Positions 1 through 12,210 of a DNA stretch of 64,000 nt are shown here, one piece after another. The notes beneath the pieces were generated by a model, which was given only the letters and a program-made list of their open reading frames with translations, searched no databases and was not told the origin of the DNA. The stretch's first letter is position 1. Each line of letters starts with the position of its first letter. The stretch spans positions 20,834,001 to 20,898,000 of the forward strand of contig NC_058368.1 in the NCBI RefSeq assembly GCF_018350175.1, written 5' to 3'. Made by a program: the position numbers and the translations under genes. This DNA is from Felis catus. Taxonomy: Eukaryota.

Positions 1-735
1 TCATTCACCTATTCAATTACTTACTGGGTTCTTACTTGGTGCTAGACAGCACTCCAGACAAAATGTAACCTCCCTACCCTGAGGAAGCTTACATTCCATT
101 AGGGAATGAAAATAAAACAATATGTATGTAATATAGTAGATAACCACAAATGCTAATAGAAAAACAAAGCAAAAAAGAATTATATAAAGGTTGAAGGGGG
201 CCTAGAAAGGAATTTCCATTTTAGACAGGATGGCCAGGAAGGGTTTCATTGAAAAAGTGGCATTTAAATATAGACCAAAAGGAGATGAGGGAGCCAGCCT
301 TGCAGATGTCTGAGGGAAGAGCATTCTAAGAATTATAACAGCAAGTGCAAAGGCCCTGAGGCAATAGAGTACCTGGTATGTTTAAGGAACAATGACAAGG
401 TCAGGAAAAAGTAAAAAGAAGATTGTGATGAGATAGAGAAAATGGGGAGCCACAATATGTAGGAGCTTATAGACCATAAGGACTTTGGCTTCTATTCCAG
501 GTAAAGTGGAAAGCCACTGGTGAGTTGGAACAGAGGAACAACATGGTCTGACATACTTTAAGAGGATTCTTCTGGACGCCATATTGAGATGGGTGCAGAA
601 GCAAGAAGGCTTCTGAAATGATCTGTGGAGAAATGATGGCAGCTTGGACTGGAGTGGTCACAATGATGTGTGAAGAGCAGGGGGTTCTTGGATAATAGGA
701 CGGTGAAGCCCACAGGATTTGCTGATGGAGCTGAT
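1..735 (-). mobile_element. L2 LINE 3' region (L2a-like)
   Basis: Starts with the reverse-complement L2 tail pattern (TCATTCACCTATTCAATTACTTACTG...) followed by typical L2 minus-strand motifs (GCAAGTGCAAAGGCCCTGAGGCA, GGACTTTGGCTTCTATTC, GGATTTGCTGATGGA). Confidence 0.8.
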
Positions 736-736
736 T

Positions 737-785
737 GTGGAGGGTGGAGGGTGGAGGGTGGAGGGTGGAGGGTGGAGGGTGGAGG
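737..785 (+). repeat. (GTGGAGG)7 heptamer tandem repeat
   Basis: Seven perfect copies read directly from the sequence. Confidence 0.95.
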
Positions 786-1249
786 GAGAGGAGTCAAGAA
801 ACACTCCAGAGGCTCAGACCAGAGCAAATCTGGAATTGCCATCCCATGGGTTCCATTGTGGACACTCTGGTGAACTGGAGGATATGCCCTGACCTCCCTG
901 GACCTCAGTTTCTTTTCTGCTTCCTTCCCAGTGAAATCCCCATTGCACATTCCCTTTTCTACTTCTGGTTGGTGATGCTGGGGCTTCTGAAGGTGCTGAA
1001 AGCCAGACTTTGTTCTTCCTGTATGTGCTACTTAATAAGGCAAGAAAGTGAGCCAAGTGAACATTTTAGCAATGTTTTCAATTAAAAGAGTGGAAAAGCT
1101 TCTGTTTGTTCAAGATTTCACAATGAGGTCATGTTTCATAAAATTTTACAAATCAATGCAAGGACTCCTTGTTTTTTTTTCCTGGGAGAGAACACATCTC
1201 TGAGGAGTAGCATTGATGCTGAACTCCTCTCCCCAGAACTGCCTTTCAG

Positions 1250-1410
1250 TTATTAAGCACCCTTCACCTAACATTATGTGATCCCAAACTAAAATCTCAT
1301 GAATTCTAATTTATGGTTGAGGAAACTGAGGCTCAGAGAGCTCAGATCCCTTGAAGTTCATCCAGTTAGATATCAACAGAGTTTTAATTCTAATATTTGA
1401 ACTCGCAATT
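1250..1410 (-). mobile_element. MIR fragment
   Basis: MIR core reverse complement TGAGGAAACTGAGGCTCAGAGAG at about 1318-1340. Confidence 0.65.
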
Positions 1411-1501
1411 TGATTTCATGTCCTATTATAGGTGTCCCATATCCCCAAGTGCCTGGAGTTAGACTGGATTTGTGCAGTAGCAATAAAACTTTTAAGAAGG
1501 A

Positions 1502-1611
1502 GGTCTCCTGAGTGTTTCAGTCAGTTGAGCGTCTGACTCTTAATTTCAGCTCAGGTCATGATTGAGCCCCGCATCATGCTCCATGTGGAACATGAAGCCT
1601 GATTAAGATTC

Positions 1612-1656
<45 letters not shown>

Positions 1657-1721
1657 CCCCTCTCTGCTCCTCCACATGCACATGTACTCTCTCTCTCAAA
1701 TAAATAATAATAAAATAACAG
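1502..1721 (+). mobile_element. Carnivore tRNA-derived SINE (older SINEC)
   Basis: Decayed tRNA-like head, (CT)n tract and A-rich tail. 13-bp TSD CTTTTAAGAAGGA at 1489-1501 and 1722-1734. Confidence 0.92.
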
Positions 1722-2889
1722 CTTTTAAGAAGGAACTTTATACAACTCCTCGTGCATGGGGTTTCATTGCTTATGTCAGCTGTACCCCAAGCTTCAGTTT
1801 CCCAGTGACTCACTGGTTTCAAAGGAATGTGGATTCATTTGAGTAAATAGATTAAAAACATGACCCAAAAGATCTTCATGCTCTATCTTAGGGTCACCAA
1901 ACTCTTGGTGAAGAATAACATGAAGCCCTCCTCTCATCTACTAAGTCTCTCTTCCTTCTCTGTGAGACCAAAGTGGAATGAACCCTCCCTACTTGCCCAA
2001 GCATCCCCTTCTGTCTCTCTTGGAGCAGTGGGATGGGGGACAACTTATTCCAAATCATCTTTGAGAGACTTGAGATTTACTTTTCTGTTTCTGCCCTACA
2101 CCAAAACATAGCTTATCTTTTCTCTCTTCTTAGAGTCCCCCTATGATACACGAAAGGCAGAGAGAGTGTCACAACTTTGGCCGTGTGTGAAAAGGAAAGG
2201 GGAAGAGGCTCTTGCCTTGGTCCCCACCTAACCCTTTAAGATCTCCTCACCATAAACTGCCTGGTTCACGCTTTCTTTTTCATCATTCCCAAAGGTCTTT
2301 TGGGCAAACCTTACATGTAGCCTCAGGAAGCATCCTGCCTCTTGGGTGCCTATAAACCCGTGGGTATCTTGGTGACAAGGGGAGAGGGACGGGGTGAGCC
2401 TTCTGCCAACAGCATGACTGTGCCCGGGCTCTGCCAGGCAGTTTTTGTAAAGGCGGTTTTACCCAAAATGTACTATGAGTATTTCAAAGACAGTGAGGAT
2501 TAGAAATAACAAAAGGCAGATGTTGGCTTGTTTTGTGAGAAATGCAATTAGAACATGAGATGTTCAGGGACCTTACAAATGTAATTGGAGACAGAAATAC
2601 TAAACGTTGGCTTCCAGCCCTCTCGGTGCCCAGGACACTCCCTGGAAACGGGTTAGGAGCCACGCAATGCAAAATTCTGCACCATCTAATCAGTTATGGA
2701 GCACTGGTGGGAGTGAATTAATATTTTTCCAAATGTGTTCCAAAACAGTCACAACTACATGAATCCCGGGAAATGCAGGTGGTGTCACCTTGACAATTGT
2801 TTTTAGTGTTGTCTTATATGGACAGAATACTCCTGTGGGGAAAGTTCCAGTCTTCCCTTTTACCCACCCTCTTTAACATTTCCCTCTGG

Positions 2890-3080
2890 GCAGGGTAATA
2901 TGGTGAAAGATATACTGGACGTGGGGGCAGAACCCTCTGCTCCTCCTTAGCCGGCTGTTGATCCTGCAGAGCCATCTTGGGCAGGCCTTTTGGGCTACTT
3001 GTATCTTTCTTTGTGGAAGAAGAGAGCTGGGAAAATGAACTGTTAAAAAACTCACTTCCAGCAACTCCATGGTTCTCAAT
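2890..3080 (+). mobile_element. Old MIR/MIR3-like fragment
   Basis: Degenerate MIR head (ATGGTGAAAGA...CTGGAC) and MIR3-like end (CTTCCAGCAACTCCATGGTTCT). Confidence 0.45.
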
Positions 3081-3879
3081 TTTTCATTGGCCACTTTCTC
3101 TTCCTGTATTTATTATGTTAAGGTTTCTCCCCTGTCTATGAGAAGGATGGACAGGAGACAATGGAAGTAAAACCCTGTAACTCTTCAATTTTGAGTTGAG
3201 TGTCTCCCATCAAGCTCGTGGATTTTTGAGGACTTTTTTGTGAAAGACAATTAGAAAACTTGCTGTAGGGCTTATCAGGTTGTTTTCTACTCCGTAGAAT
3301 AATTTTTAAAAGATAGTCTATCGATCTGTTGTACATTTACAGATCCCTATGGTTCAGCTAGGACTATAATTGGAAAATTACATGAACTGGTACCAAATTT
3401 ATCGCTTCTCTCTGTTATCTGGGACTTGGAGTTAATCTCAGCATCGGGATAGCCTCATTTGCTTCAATATTCTGGAATCTGTTGCATCATTTTCCGTTTC
3501 TCTAGCAACCAACATTTCTAGGCTCAGCCTGCCTCTGCCACTGAGGGGATAGTCCTAGGAAAGGGCTCCTTTTCTGCATTAAAACTGGAAACAAACTGCA
3601 GTTGGCAAGAATACCGGGGCAGGTGGGCACTGGTTCCCTTTACTTCATTTTCACCCCAAGGGAAAATGGGAAAATTCATGAGACAAGTTATGTTATTTAT
3701 TTGCTTAAGAACTTCCCTTCTGCCATTCCCTCCATATGGTTTATGTTTTCCTTCTGAATTGGTGCTTTCACAGTACAAAACTGCCTTTGTTGAGAGGCAG
3801 TAACAGGTGTGTTGTGAGAGGGAGCGCGTGAGAGAGAATGGGAGAAAACGTGCATCTGTGTGAGTGCGAGGAGGGCGGA

Positions 3880-3935
3880 GTGTGAGCGTGTGAGTGCGTG
3901 TTTGTGTATGTGTGTGTGTGTGTGTGCGTGTGCGC
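3880..3935 (+). repeat. Imperfect (TG)n microsatellite
   Basis: Direct reading. Confidence 0.9.
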
Positions 3936-4191
3936 AGGTGTCCGTGTCATCTAAGGCACGAGACCCAGTGTGCTCGGTGGTTTTCTCAGGAGAGTATGTT
4001 CACGTAACATTTAAGAACTCTTGGCTGAGAAATCTATACAACATCTGTGAACACATCCCTTCCAGAGAGAAGTTGCAAAACCAGCTCTGATTCCTAACCT
4101 AAACACAGCAAATGCCATTTCAGTTCTGAGGAAGTTCCAGGTCCATAGATGCCACTAGCTCAGCAATACTCACCTTGTGTTGCCTTTCCTT

Positions 4192-4425
4192 CTAGTGTAT
4201 TAGACAAAGCGTGGGCTTCAGGACAACTAGATGGGATTCAAATTCCAGCCTGATATTCCTCAGTGCGCAGATATTGGGTAATTTACTACACTTCCCCACA
4301 TCCCAATCCCCTTACCCATAATTGCTGGATATCAGTCCCCCAACTCCCAATGTTACTGACAGAATTCATAGAGCAGCCTCGCTCAGTGCCCAGTACGTAG
4401 TAGGTACCCAGTAAATGTTGGTTCC
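4192..4425 (+). mobile_element. MIR
   Basis: GGGATTCAAATTCCAGC B-box-like segment and MIR tail CAGTGCCCAGTACGTAGTAGGTACCCAGTAAATGTTGG. Confidence 0.75.
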
Positions 4426-5439
4426 TGTTCTATAAATGCAATTCTCAGACCAGATCAAGAAGAGATGGGAAAAATTCTTACCATGTGTTCAGGTAAGTAA
4501 TTGACAAGGTTCAAATTGCTTTCTAATTTGCCAACGGAGGTTTTGACCTCTTTTCCTTTGGCATGATGAAGTTGCTTGAGACAGTGCAGCTGCATATGTT
4601 GGCTTTAAGTTCATCTCTTCCATAGAAAACTGAAACGACTCTGCACTGCTTCTAAGACACAAATACACCCCCTGTGCCCTGCTGTCAGCACGCCCGACAT
4701 CCAAGCTGTTCTCATGGGGATGGTGTTGGAGCTGTGTCCAGCCTCCCAGGACATCTGGACTGATTCCCATCGTGGCCAGTGGCACAAGGGATGGACTGCT
4801 GTCCAGGATACACTCCATGACAGTGAGACCACACGTTACGGAAACATCTTTTGGGGAGATGTTTCATCATCCTCCCAAACTGGGACCCTTAGTTTCATCA
4901 GTTTCATGGAGAAAGGAACTCAGACTCTGGTTGAAAGGAGGACTTGCTTTCAACTTTTCAACAGACATCACAGTATTATGGAAAGGTAATGTGCTTAGGA
5001 GTCAGAGGGAAGTTCAAAGTGCAAACATGGGACAAAACAAAACACCAAAATAACTCCCGAGTTTCTGCTTCCAGTTTTCTAGATGGTAATACCCCAAAAC
5101 ATTAAGTCACCATTCCTGAATCCATCAGGAAATCACCTCATGCCATATCTGGCACAAAGTAAATCATCAATGAACATCAGCGTCCTTCATAAAGCCCTCA
5201 AGTGCACATGATAGAGATCCATTCCAGGCGCATATTTAAGCAATTTGCTACTTGGCCTGTTGGCAGCTGTTAGGTCCAAAAGAGAAACCACTCTGTGCTG
5301 AAAATCAGGGGAACAAAGACTTTGAGGTAGAATCTCCCTGTTCCAAAAAATACTAATTATCAGCCACCACTTCCTAATTTTGAAAACAGATCGGCAGGCC
5401 AGATGGGTTTCTTAGATGTATCTTTATGGGTTGGCATGA

Positions 5440-5619
5440 TGGATACTGTGGATACACTCCCTTCGCACACAGTCTAACCCCCTCACACATGCTTTCCTCT
5501 AATTCAGTTTGCAAGGCTAACCACCACATTTCCCAGATCCCTTAAAGTTGGCATTTTATGCATGATATAAATTGCAATAATCAGATGCATCATATGAGAC
5601 TTAAAGTCAAGTTACATGG
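5440..5619 (+). mobile_element. LTR33-like (ERVL) solo LTR, 5' part
   Basis: ACATTTCCCAGATCCCTT...CAATAATCAGATGCA...TGAGA matches the recalled LTR33 5' half. The element resumes at 8620. Confidence 0.65.
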
Positions 5620-6044
5620 CATCTCACATTGGGTTCCCTGAAAACACATTCTTAGGCAAAGATTTGCAAACAGTAGATTTATCAGGGAGTGTTTCAAGTA
5701 CAACAAGTACAACACCTGGAAGGAAAAGAAGGAAGCAGGATGACAGAGTTGGAAAAAGTTGAACTGCAATGTCGTTGCAAAAGAGACTTCAACCAACACC
5801 ACAGGGTGCTCTGTGCTGGGAAGGCTATTCAGAGGTGTCCCCAGTGGAGGCAGATGGGACCAGTATGTTATGTCATGCATCTGTGGGTCACTGTATGCGG
5901 GCTGCACCCTGGGACAAGCCATACCTTGGACAAAGATGGGCAGAACCACCAGCAGTCAACTCTCCTGGAAGCTGGGAGGATGAGTGCCTGGATCTTGAAG
6001 GTGCAATGTAGATAGCCTGCCAAAGATCCCCAAGGCCCACTGTG
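5620..6044 (-). mobile_element. LTR16-family LTR (3' LTR of an ERVL provirus)
   Basis: Begins TCTCACATTGGGTTCCCTG...AGATTTGC...AGATTTAT, the characteristic reverse-complement LTR16 end. Homologous to 8310-8619. Confidence 0.8.
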
Positions 6045-8309
6045 GAGCACCCCCTCTGCTGCTCAGACCCACTTGCTTATCCCATATTTACCCCATCAGC
6101 ATCTCCAGGATTCTAGTGGCCCTCATTTCCTGAGCAAATTTATAAAAGAGGTTGATCACACGAACTATGGTCCCTCTTGATGTGGTTCATTTTAAGGCCA
6201 TAACAGATGCAGTCTCCCTTCTCTACTGCTCACTCTAGATTCCTTTCACTCTTAGCTACTACCTCTTCTAGTCTAGTTGATTCACTGGCCGGCTGACCAA
6301 AGCCTCATCCCAGAAAGTCTGAATCCTTGGTCAGCGTACTTTTTTTCAGGCTAGAGCTATCACACTTATCAATTTATCATCAATATTGCACAGGGTCATA
6401 CCAAAAGATGCCAAGTTTGGTCAATTATCAGAATGCCAGAAATGTAGTTTGTTGCTTTTTTTTTTTTTTCTTTAATAGCTTTCTATCTCCATCTGGTGAT
6501 CAAGGCCAATTATTCCCATACGATGACTCATATCCTTGAATGCTTGTCTTCTGGCCTGGTGAGTCCAAGAGACTACTGGTCAGGGATAGAATGTCCAAAT
6601 TCCCCCAAGTGGGTCACCGGGAGTGTGGTAATCTGGTCACCCCTACTTCTACCCCATAGTTCCTACGCGATGCATTCTACCTGTTGGGGTCATAGCACCA
6701 TATAATACTGGTGGAGTTGTGTCCTAGATGACAGCATCTCATCTGTGAATGAGGCTTAGCCTTTTCCCTCCATCAGCTGGCAATAAAGGACTCACCATGT
6801 CACCATACGTGTGCACTGAGAGACACCAGTGCAAGACTGGTGGATGACACAGGGATTGGGGTCACCTGCCAAGAAGCTAATCTGTGCCAGTTCCAGACGT
6901 ATCACTGCCATCTTACAACAGATTGATGCTGGCCACCAACCATATTACTTGGGGGGTCTGATAGGCAGCTGTGACCAAATGGCCACTTGACGTCCCATGG
7001 TCATGGTCCAGTGACATACTAGGGACTATGTTTCAAATGGAATATAGTTTTCAGATGCGGATATTTACTACCTTGCTAGGTGCTATGTTATGATTCCCCT
7101 ATAGGGATAAAACTGCCCTAGACTGTTTGGGCATCTGTTTCCTCCACTAGCACCCTGCTATCGGCCATGTAGCTAGGCTGTTTGTATAGAAGCCTGGTCT
7201 TGCTGCACAGACTTTTACTGTTCTGCCTTTTCCACTCCACGTTTACCTCCCCCAGCAGGCAGGCTTCATTGTCATCTAACAAACAGATTTGAGAAGTATT
7301 CCCGAGTGTGGAATTTGCTGCACCAAAAACCCAAAGAGGTGTGCTTCCTTCTTAGCAGTGGGAAGTACACGATGTACTAACTTATCCTTTCTTTTGGGAT
7401 AGATGCCCTGGCATGCCCCAGACCCCTAAAAACTGTACTGATACAGGAGTCTCTGAATTTCATAACTTATCTCTGATCCTCTGGAACTTACAAACTCACC
7501 AAAGCCTCCAACGTATTTGTCTTGGCATTTATCTCTGGTGCTGGCCCCAGGATGTGAAATTTTTTGTTTACAATCTTGGCAGGAAGAGGAAAGCAGTTTC
7601 ATAGGCTTCCATTTGCCATTTTCCCCTGTGATAACTCTAACCTCATAGGCCAAGAAACCAGTGTGGAAGATTTGTCAATTATTAGGTATGTCCATTCAAA
7701 ATATCCCCTCAGGGACCATTGAAGTCAACTGTGGGTGGGTCTGTGGACCCAGTGATCCACTGTGACCCAGACCTGGGTCAGAACTTCATTTACTCCCTAG
7801 TTCCTGTATCTAACAGAGGGGCCATATAGCTTCAGGTCCCCAGCTGCCAAAGTCAACTTGGAGTCCATGTTCACTAGTCCTCAAAATGTCTCAGTGTCTG
7901 CCTTTCTCCAGGACACAGTTACCCAAGTAAGGGGCTGTAGGCCTTTTTGAGGGAGGGGTGGGATGGGGGGAATCATTACTATATATACTTATGGTGTTGT
8001 GGAATCCTTTCTGGTAACCCAGCTTCTCCTTCAGCCAATGGGTTCCATATCTAAGAATCAGTTCAAGTCTAGGAACTGACCAAGGGGTCATGTCTACCTA
8101 TTGAGATTGCTGCCCTTGGTCCCCTAACCATCCACTCTTGATTTCTTTTGATTGTATAGATTGGGCAATACCCATTTTTGGCTCCTCTTCTCTCTTGCTC
8201 CTATGAATGCCATATTCTATCCATCATCTCCATAGCTTTTGAATGTCAGGTCCCCTGGCTGCCACTCTGACCTTGTTGACCATTAAAATAATTGCACCTC
8301 CTTGCTTCT
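6045..8309 (-). mobile_element. Deleted ERVL internal region (ERV3-16A3/ERVL-type gag-pro-pol remnant)
   Basis: Minus-strand ORF 7426-7653 starts AYEVRVITGENGKWKPMKLL, resembling the ERVL pro/RT junction (CGVRAIMVGKAKWKPLELP). Purine-rich PPT-like tract next to the 3' LTR. Many stops and deletions. Confidence 0.75.
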
Positions 8310-8619
8310 GATGAGAAGGAGCAGCTAAACTGAGATACGAGAGCAACAAAGGTTTCAGCTGATTCCATGAGAGGTTCTGTAGCTAGGATGACTCTCCAGA
8401 GTTGTCCCTCAGAAAGGCAGGCAGGCCGGGTCTTTGTAACCCAGCAGCAAGAAGTCAAAGGTGTGAAATGCGTACTTCGAGCTAGGCATCTTCCTGTGGC
8501 CAAGGGAAATTCCCAGGAGTGAGTTGTAGCCACCACTCCTGGCATCTGGGAGACATTGCTTCAGGATGGTGCCTTGGACCTGAGAGGAGTTTGAGCAACA
8601 CACTACAGTATTCACTACA
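8310..8619 (-). mobile_element. LTR16-family LTR (partial 5' LTR)
   Basis: Aligns by eye with 5760-6044 (GCAACAAAGGTTTCAGCTGATTCCATGAGAGGTTCTG vs GCAAAAGAGACTTCAACCAACACCACAGGGTGCTCTG). Ends ...CACTACA. Confidence 0.75.
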
Positions 8620-8960
8620 TGTGAGGACAGAGATTAAATCACAAAGCATCTATTTTTGCTTGCATGGACCATGGTGAGGGCATGACGTTGTGGAGCCAGG
8701 GGCTATAGCAACTGTTTCCGGACTCTTCGGTTTTGATCATGTCAGAAGTGGCAGCTCCTTTGATTATCCAGCTCTGTAGCACTGTTTTGAGATAGATTCT
8801 GAAAACATACATCAGAGTCCATTTTCTTCTTAGCCCTCACAATGATCAGGTGAATTTTCAGCACCACTAAAACAAACAAACAAACAAACAAACAAACCCT
8901 TTTCCACTTCAACTAGTGAGAGCAGATTCTGTTGTCTCAACTAAGAACACTGGACAAAGC
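8620..8960 (+). mobile_element. LTR33-like solo LTR, 3' part (contains (AAAC)n at about 8869-8896)
   Basis: Ends CCCTTTTCCACTTCAACTAGTGAGAGCAGATTCTGTTGTCTCAACTAAGAACACTGG, like the LTR33 3' end. Confidence 0.65.
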
Positions 8961-9949
8961 TGGTATTTCATGGCCAGCCACTGTTCAGATTAGATGGTGC
9001 CATGATGCCAGCCATGATCATTATATAAATTGAAAATTACATAAACCTTCACCTATAGAGTCAGGCTTCTGGATTAATGGCAAAATTGCTAATTTACGCT
9101 ATATGCTGTACTTCCCAGGACCCACAGCTCTCTCGTGATTGTTGATTGACATGGGGTCAGTGCCCAGTTTTAGAGAGTGTGTGCTTATATTACTTGGACA
9201 GATTTCTTTGGGGGAAAAGCCTCTATTTCAAGATTTCACAAAATTATGATATAATAAGCAAGGCATCTCCTTGGCTACAGTCACTCAGGAGGCCTCAGTG
9301 CTATAGGAAACAATGACAGTTGGCCAGTGTCATTCAATATGCCGTCTAAACTTGAAAATATTGCCTTATCTTGGTACCTTAGCATTTACTCTTGTCCAAA
9401 GGGGGTTTGCACTGGACTGGTGGTATACCTCCATCCAAGAGGAACTGTTATCATTGGACAAAATTTCTAACCGAGACTTTGCAAAGGCAGCTGGCTTTTC
9501 AAGTGTTAACTCTTGGCTTCCCCATTGATCTCTGGTTCAGCCAGGTGGGAGTCAGGGTAGCAAGAGTCATCATAACAGAGGAAACAGAAGGCTCTTCTGC
9601 TTTAAAATGTAGCAACTGTTGTTGGGCAGATAAGTGGGTTTTGTTTAGACCTAACGCTGAGCCATTCCCGTGCTAAAGCCTCCCAGAAAATGGTTTATGA
9701 GGGTTTGGGCCCAAGGTGAGCTCCTACTTCCCTTCCCTTTTCCAAAGTCCTTTGTATAAATCGAGTTCTTTTCTCCAGTGGCCTAGGATAAACTTAACTT
9801 AGCATGCTTTGTAGAGAAGCCGATTTATGGAGACGCAACTCATTTGAAGTTAGAGCCTGCAGAGTCTCGTGTACGTATGGGAACACAAGAGGATAAACTG
9901 CGTTCATTTTCTTAAAAAGGTAGTATTTTTAAAAGGCATACCATCTTTT

Positions 9950-10122
9950 TAACAGTATTTTCCAAATGTACCTGAGGAGAAGTTTGAAAAGTTACTTGGT
10001 CTTTTTGTTAGATCTCTGAACGCCGAGGCACGTTGAATCAGAATCTCTAGAAGCAAGGTCTGGGAAACTGTGCATTTAACCAGTGCCTAAGAGGATTCTT
10101 ATCAGAAAAGCTTAGGAAACCA
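9950..10122. mobile_element. MER5-type hAT-Charlie MITE
   Basis: TGAATCAGAATCTCTAG...TCTGGGAAACTGTGCATTTAACCAGTGCC...GGATTCTTAT motif. Confidence 0.7.
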
Positions 10123-10930
10123 AGCCCTTTGCCATAGCCCTCTCTGGCCAGTCTCACAAACGAGCCACAGTTGTCCTTACATACTTTGGTATCACAGATG
10201 GGCCCCCTGTATGGGTCAATCAATTGGATGCACAGAAAGTAGTTGTTAAGCAAAGCGATATTCAAACTACCCAAGGGAACTAACAGCAGTGTGTTCTCTT
10301 TTTTTGTTTGCTTTTAAATCAAGGTGATGAGATAAACCTAGATGGACAGACTAAAAGCAAATGTGCTGAAATATGACCGCTTTATAACCAGCTCATGCTT
10401 AATATATTAGCAGTGCTAATCCATTACTTTTTCCTTTCATCCAGGATTCTTAGAAATCTGGCTTTTTTTCCCCAATGAGAAATAATTCTATAGAATATGC
10501 ACTAAATGCTGGGCTGTGTTCTTTGTTGCAAAGGCAGAGAAAAGTATAGCTTGACAGTAACGAACGACCATATTACACAATTACTTAAATATGAGTTTTC
10601 AGCAAAAATGAAATGACTTAAGGCTTTTCAACAAATACAGCTTTAAGCTCCGTAAATAATGGCTTGTGTCAAGTTTGTTTATTATCCTGGGTAATTTGTT
10701 CTTAACTAGACATATTTTACACTTGAAGTAATGTTTTACTAGAACTACATAAAGCAATTGTGCAATTGATAATAAATATGTCACTACTGGTAAGCAATTA
10801 ATTCATATGAAGTTAGTTAAAACCATGCCAGGTTAACCTAGAGTATAGGAAAAGAATGGACGAATAACTGAAGTAGATATAGTCAGATAACGGTATAAGA
10901 AAGTCAACAATAAAAGAAAAAACGTGGACA

Positions 10931-10934
<4 letters not shown>

Positions 10935-10972
<38 letters not shown>
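10935..10972 (+). repeat. (GT)n microsatellite
   Basis: Direct reading. Confidence 0.95.
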
Positions 10973-10974
<2 letters not shown>

Positions 10975-11160
10975 AATTTACTGAGTATCTATAGCACACC
11001 TGACATCATGCCACACCCTTTCCCTAGAATTTTCCAGGGGGGTAGTGAACTTAGTTATTTTAGATAAGAAAATCAAGGATCTGAAACTTAAGTAGTTTGT
11101 CCTACGATACACTGTTAATTAGTGATGGAACTGAGGTCTGAGCCCAAGCAGGGACCGTGG
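10975..11160 (-). mobile_element. MIR fragment
   Basis: TTTTAGATAAGAAAATCAAGGATCTGAAACTTAAGTAGTTTGTCC resembles the MIR core reverse complement. Confidence 0.55.
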
Positions 11161-11177
11161 AACTATCCTTTCCCTAC

Positions 11178-11415
11178 CAGTGTTTAGTAGAATGTTGTAC
11201 AAGCATGGGTTTTATGGTCAGATATATCTTGATTTGTGTCCTGGCCCAGCCACTCACCAGATACATGATCTTGGTAAGATTTCTTAACCTCCTGGCCTTA
11301 ATAATAACAGCATCTACCACATAGAATTATTGTGAGGATTAAATGGGAAAACACATGAAGAAAGATTAGCATAATGTCTGGCACAGAGCAAGCACAAAAT
11401 AAAGTTGGAATGTTA
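11178..11415 (+). mobile_element. MIR
   Basis: CCAGCCACTCACCAG...GATCTTGGTAAGATTTCTTAACCT...TTGTGAGGATTAAATG...TCTGGCACAGAG...AATAAA. Confidence 0.8.
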
Positions 11416-11577
11416 GGATATCTCCAAGAAAGTTAACACAGAGTAAATAATCAAAAGACTAAGAATTGAACACCATTTTTATATATAGTGGAAAAAGATA
11501 TAATTTTTCTCTGTAATAGTTCAGGTAGATGTGAGCTGAATTTAACCAAGACTGGTTAGATACAGCCTACAGATTGC

Positions 11578-11802
11578 TTTTTTTTATTATTTTTTTTTAA
11601 CATGAGCAAGGGAGCATGAGCATGAGCTCATGAGCATGAGCAAGGGAGGCACAGAGAGAAAAGGAGACACAGAATCCAAAGCAGGCTCCAGGCTCTGAGC
11701 TGTCCACATAGAGCCCCGTGCGGGGGATCAAACCCCCCAACTGTGAGACCATGACCTGAGCCGAAGTTGGATGCTTAACCTACTGAGCCATCCAGGCATC
11801 CC
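11578..11802 (-). mobile_element. Felid SINEC (Fc2-like) with a rearranged 3' part
   Basis: GCAGGCTCCAGGCTCTGAGCTGTC...TGAGCCATCCAGGCATCCC. TSD CAGCCTACAGATT at 11563-11575 and 11803-11815. Confidence 0.93.
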
Positions 11803-11869
11803 CAGCCTACAGATTTCTGAGGCAGTCATATTTTCAGGAACTTTTATGAGGTTTGAAAAATAGGTTTTA

Positions 11870-12210
11870 TTTGATTCAACTCAATAACCACGATTCAAGC
11901 ACCTGTGTCAGTTCCTTCCTCCAAGGCGCTCACAGCCTTAATGACTGGGTATTGGGTGGTGGCAGAACAGAAGAGGGGGAAATGAGAGGCATCTTGAAGG
12001 AAATAAATGGGACTCAGACCGACAGAATAGCTCAGAGGACCTAGTCTTACCCCGCACACAGCTCCTGGTAATCTGGGAACGCTGCCTCACAAACTGATGG
12101 AAAGTTAAGGGTAGTAAATGAAGAGGTAACATTTAAAAAGACATATAAAGTGTGAATAAAGGAATGGGCCAGGCAGAGAAGTGTGGTGGAAGCAAAGCGT
12201 TGAAGATTAG
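11870..12210 (-). mobile_element. L2 fragments
   Basis: Degenerate L2 minus-strand motifs (GATTCAACTCAATAAC...AAGCACCTGTG, GAAGAGGTAACATTTAAA). Confidence 0.45.

Noticed and set aside
558..1085. Overlapping 67-130 aa ORFs with repeated WRVEGGG/PPSTLH
   Set aside because: They are translations of the GTGGAGG heptamer array.
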